Origin: Octopus vulgaris
Taxonomy: Eukaryota
Assembly (NCBI GenBank): GCA_951406725.2
Contig: OX597821.1
Coordinates: 55,366,001-55,430,000, forward strand
Direction of reading: 5' to 3'
DNA: 64,000 nucleotides
Shown: positions 58,757-64,000 of the stretch, piece by piece
How positions within the stretch are numbered: position 1 is the stretch's first letter
How the letters are laid out: each line of letters starts with the position of its first letter
Position numbers and translations under genes: made by a program
The notes under the pieces: model-generated
Told to the model about the DNA's origin: nothing
Database searches by the model: none
The model's input: the letters and a program-made list of their open reading frames with translations, nothing else

Positions 58757-60504
58757 GCTCAAAAGTAATCTCTATAATTATTTATTAATATATTTTCCGT
58801 TAACCCAGAGAAAACATTGTATGATTAAGATGACAACTTTTTTTGCTTGTGGGTTCCCAGTTGTATAAACAGTGTTCTAACTGTACTGCCATATTGAAAA
58901 ATGTTAAAGATGAATAATTTCATTTCGCCTGGGAATTAATGCGAAACGTACATCTAAATACGGCATGAAACGTATTTAGGAAATTTGTAGATTCTAATGA
59001 AAGAAATACATGTTTCGCATGGCTGCTCTTAGAGACAAGAATATGCCTTCATCTTATATTCGCTTATATACAAAAATCAATTTCCCTCGCTTATACGAGA
59101 CAAATGAGTATAAAATTTAACAAGTAAACATCGCCCACTTTAACAGCCATATGTGGCTAAGAACCAATTCTGTGTAAATAAAACTATGAAGGCTTAATTT
59201 GAAAGGTGGTCATGGACTGTAATAATAGGGTAAGTGCTTATTAGATGGGGCTTCCATATTTATGTGCGTATTTGTTTACGTGCAACAAAATGATCCTTCT
59301 ATATTTATTTCGCAACTGATATGATATTAAACTACACGCTACGCGTGAATAGATATTATTGTATTTATGGAGAGTCATTCTGCCAATAAAAATACACGTA
59401 TTGGCTGCAAGTTATTTGTTTGTTAATTCACCAACTAATTAATTAGTTATGCAAAGTGACTTACAACCATTGCATATCTTTCTACTAGTAAAATAAATCT
59501 ACCGAAGCACAACAAAAATAACTTAAAATAAGTCTACACACACACGCGCACACACATACATACACGCACACACACATAATCGCACACACATACAGACACA
59601 CCGAAAGAAGGATTGATTATCATAGAAATACTATTCGTGACTTAAATTAAAACATGCACTATAGGCCACCTGGTTAAAACATTCTGCAAAGGTGTCTATA
59701 ACTAACGAACAGTTGTCACGAATCATCAATGAATTTAGCCAGTGTCTGTCATTAAACAGCAGAAAGAACTTCAAAATATACTAATTAATTAGCTTTTTTG
59801 ACATTCATCGCGTGGAAAGATAACTGGGGTGTATGTCTGTGTCAGAGGATCAAGCAGGGTCCATCATTACACAATCTTAAGATCATATTATCATATTTAG
59901 TGACTCTTTTTACCTTTGCGTGTCTAAGTCGAAGGTAATTATTTGACCTTATTAGAACTATAAATATTCATTAAGTAGAAAAAGTTGATTATTCTTTTGA
60001 AGTATTTTTTTGTTTTTCGGTTTTTAAAATTATACTACATACTAATGCACTGCACGTGTATCTAATGTCAATTTCATTCATTTACCATTAATATATCTAT
60101 ACCGTTTTAATACGTTGCCATATCCAATCGTTAAGATCTGATCACTTATGTTTTCCGTCATTGGAGAACAACTCTTCTCTCTGGGCGATGTGTTCCCAGA
60201 ATGTAGTGTGTTTGCTGGTTCTTTTCAAGGGCTCGTGCACTTTTGGGATTTATCAGTTGGATTCATCAGTCTTTGGCTGATGAGGTACACAATAGGATTG
60301 ATATACCACCGCATATATAAGTCCCCTTAGACCGGTGAATCATGTGCTTTGTGGGTGCACATCGCCTGGAAAGAGGAAGAGTTCTCCGATAAATAAATTG
60401 AAGCGATCAGTTATTCACGTTCGTACCTTCCAGAACGGCACCGGGAATGAGTAAATTTCGTACGGCTTGGATTCTCTGTTCTGACAGCATTCCATAAATG
60501 ATTC

Positions 60505-60852
60505 ATTCGTTTGTTGTACAATGATATAAATTCAACCGAGCATTTCTTTATAGATTATATCTCACTAAATATTTAAAGCTAATTAATGCCTTGTTCAATA
60601 TTATAGAATTTAAAAACAAAAACAAAAATCAACGATAATCAATAATTTTCACCATCCCAACAGCCGACCTGTTATGAATGATATATTCTAACCTACTGCT
60701 AATTACTTTTGCATTTCTTCTATAAAACTTGTCAAAGTAAGTGATTTATGTAGAGCATAAAATTCTACTGATTTTAATTTGAGACCCTACATCTTGTATA
60801 TTCTTTGCATTTGGGTATTTTTCCAGTTCCGTTCATGCAATGCTTTTGAAAG

Positions 60853-60923
<71 letters not shown>

Positions 60924-62199
60924 AAAAGAGAAAGAGAGAGAGAGAGAGATTGCGACTACTATTAGATTTTGTTTATGTCCAGTTCTTGATTGTTATATCT
61001 GGTAATAATTGTATATTGTCTTCAGTTTTATATCTTCTTGTGGGACAACGAGTTGACAGAATTATTGGCCTGCTTAGCGGCATTTCATCCGGCGTTACTT
61101 ACTGAGTTAGAATTCCTCCGAGGTTGACCTTGCCTTTCATCTTTTCGGAGTCGTTAACATAAGTACTTGTTGAGCACTGGGGTTTCTGTAATCGAGTAAC
61201 CCCAAATCCGAAAATTTCAAACCCTGTGCTTATAGTAGAAAGAAATGATTATAACTATATACTACGTGCACAGTTTACTGTCAGTGCAATCATCATCTGC
61301 TATTTTTTGTGCTTATTTTTGCCTCAGCATTCAAGTCTCTGTTTTTTGAATAGGAGGATTCAAACTATTGTTACTTTTCGAGCATACTTTGTCGTTGTAA
61401 GGTCTTGCCCAATCTTGGGCAGGTGTGATATTTCTTTGCACGTTCTTTTCAATATATTTTGAAAAACTATATTAAAAGAGCAGTATCTTTCTGTTCATTC
61501 GTGTGCCTCTCTGTTTACCACTAGATCTAGTTCTAGTGATAGGCGAGAACAAAGATTTTACAGTCACAACGTAAGCCCGAGTGAAAGCTAAGAATAGCTC
61601 AACATTCTCCGGTTCAAAAACAGAAATTCATATACTTAGCCACAAATAAGTACAAAAATAGTAAAAGATTATTACTGCAACGGTAAACTGCGCATGTACT
61701 ATATAATTATAATCGTTTTATACTTCTATGCAATTTTTGGCCTAGACAATTTTCGGTGTAAGTTTTAAAAAATTTTAACTGAGGGAAAGAAATCTCCACA
61801 ACACCACTGAGGACCCAAAGTAGAATATGGACGCATTAGACCGGATGACAGATTCGTTTGTTGTACAATGATATAAATTCAACCGAGCATTTCTTTATAG
61901 ATTATATCTCACTAAATATTTAAAGCTAATTAATGCCTTGTTCAATATTATAGAATTTAAAAACAAAAACAAAAATCAACGATAATCAATAATTTTCACC
62001 ATCCCAACAGCCGACCTGTTATGAATGATATATTCTAACCTACTGCTAATTACTTTTGCATTTCTTCTATAAAACTTGTCAAAGTAAGTGATTTATGTAG
62101 AGCATAAAATTCTACTGATTTTAATTTGAGACCCTACATCTTGTATATTCTTTGCATTTGGGTATTTTTCCAGTTCCGTTCATGCAATGCTTTTGAAAG

Positions 62200-62280
<81 letters not shown>

Positions 62281-63205
62281 AAAAGAGAGAGAGAGAGAGA
62301 GAGATTGCGACTACTATTAGATTTTGTTTATGTCCAGTTCTTGATTGTTATATCTGGTAATAATTGTATATTGTCTTCAGTTTTATATCTTCTTGTGGGA
62401 CAACGAGTTGACAGAATTATTGGCCTGCTTAGCGGCATTTCATCCGGCGTTACTTACTGAGTTAGAATTCCTCCGAGGTTGACCTTGCCTTTCATCTTTT
62501 CGGAGTCGTTAACATAAGTACTTGTTGAGCACTGGGGTTTCTGTAATCGAGTAGCCCCAAATCCGAAACTTTCAAACCTGTGCTTATAGTAGAAAGAAAT
62601 GATTATAACTATATACTACGTGCACAGTTTACTGTCGGTGCAATCATCATCTGCTATTTTTTGTGCTTATTTTTGCCTCAGCATTCAAGTCTCTGTTTTT
62701 TGAATAGGAGGATTCAAACTATTGTTACTTTTCGAGCATACTTTGTCGTTGTAAGGTCTTGCCCAATCTTGGGCAGGTGTGATATTTCTTTGCACGTTCT
62801 TTTCAATATATTTTGAAAAACTATATTAAAAGAGCAGTATCTTTCTGTTCATTCGTGTGCCTCTCTGTTTACTACTAGATCTAGTTCTAGTGATAGGCGA
62901 GAACAAAGATTTTACAGTCACAACGTAAGCCCGAGTGAAAGCTAAGAATAGCTCAACATTCTCCGGTTCAAAAACAGAAATTCATATACTTAGCCACAAA
63001 TAAGTACAAAAATAGTAAAAGATTATTACTGCAACGGTAAACTGCGCATGTACTATATAATTATAATCGTTTTATACTTCTATGCAATTTTTGGCCTAGA
63101 CAATTTTCGGTGTAAGTTTTAAAAAATTTTAACTGAGGGAAAGAAATCTCCACAACACCACTGAGGACCCAAAGTAGAATATGGACGCATTAGACCGGAT
63201 GACAG
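60505..63205. repeat. 1.35-kb near-identical tandem duplication (60505-61851 / 61852-63205)
   Basis: ORF offsets of 1347 and 1354; differences are mainly in the GAAA/GA microsatellite plus a few SNPs. Confidence 0.95.
61247..61715. mobile_element. MITE/fold-back with ~170-bp diverged TIRs (duplicate at ~62601-63069)
   Basis: GATTATAACTATATACTACGTGCACAGTTTACTG... mirrors ...CGGTAAACTGCGCATGTACTATATAATTATAATC. Confidence 0.7.
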
Positions 63206-64000
63206 ATTACACCTACCACCCGAGTAGGTCGTTGAGGGATTTGAAATCAGAAAGCGAAGACAGGGAACAAATACCATATAACTTATTGTCCATCACTATT
63301 TCAGTTTCGCTATTCCAGGCCCCTATATTTGTACTCTTTTATCCTGGGTGGATTTTGAACGCAGAGAATCGGTATTTACATATGCAATGAAAGTTAAAGT
63401 AAGGTGTGTATTTTATTTTTTGTCAAAGTTTTTTCTCTCACACGCCAGCGAAAATAAATAACCGTAAATATTTCAAGAAAGGAGAAAATAGATTTCATGA
63501 AACATTCAGTCAGTAGAGAATTTAAACGTATTTCAATTATTCAATTGCAGAGAACAACTAGATAATTAAGCCTTTCATAAATATGCATAATACTGAATAG
63601 AGAATTGTTTTTGAGTCAATGAAAAGCACAATGAATATAGCTTATTTCTTATTTATACGCCAGGAAAAATGGGCAAAAATTTCCTGCTACTCTAATTTGT
63701 ACAATATGTCGAATTGTGCTTGTTACATTGTTGAAGTTCGGATGGAGTACCCATTCCTCCTTCGAGTTCCTAATTCCGACATATCCCCTTATGATGTAAC
63801 TGGTCACCTTCTGTATGATGCTCAACTAGTTGTCAGATGACTCGCTGGTGTGTTACGGACATTTTCTCGATGTTTTGTTTATGGACGTATTATTTAAGTA
63901 AATGTAAATATTGAATAATTTATGTACCGAGTTCGTATAATATTTTAAAAATATGTTTTGAGTTTAACAATATGAAATGATTACTTATTAAACTTAAAAT

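Noticed and set aside
60150-60500. Minus-strand two-exon gene or LINE tail
   Set aside because: Frames close quickly and the similarity to an RTE C-terminus is too weak.

Overview
AT-rich, microsatellite-saturated eukaryotic DNA with no intact protein-coding gene. Most of the ORF track is translated (TA)n/(CA)n/triplet repeats. The repeat content resembles an Octopus/cephalopod intergenic or intronic region (inference from the SINE families and microsatellite load). It contains decayed Tc1/mariner transposons and MITEs, a Buster/Charlie-type hAT with both ends and an 8-bp TSD, a mini-Helitron, RTE LINE fragments, three tRNA-SINE families, several Penelope-like (PLE) RT and GIY-YIG remnants of at least two types, and a 1.35-kb tandem duplication. 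The most striking signal is about 15 type-I hammerhead ribozyme (HHR) motifs from several unrelated small elements. Five have fully canonical cores and one has an apparent compensatory G3:C8 core. They sit in inverted or direct-repeat modules, usually abutting (TA)n arrays, consistent with PLE pseudo-LTRs or retrozyme-like non-autonomous elements. All calls come from reading the sequence by eye; no searches or folding programs were run.
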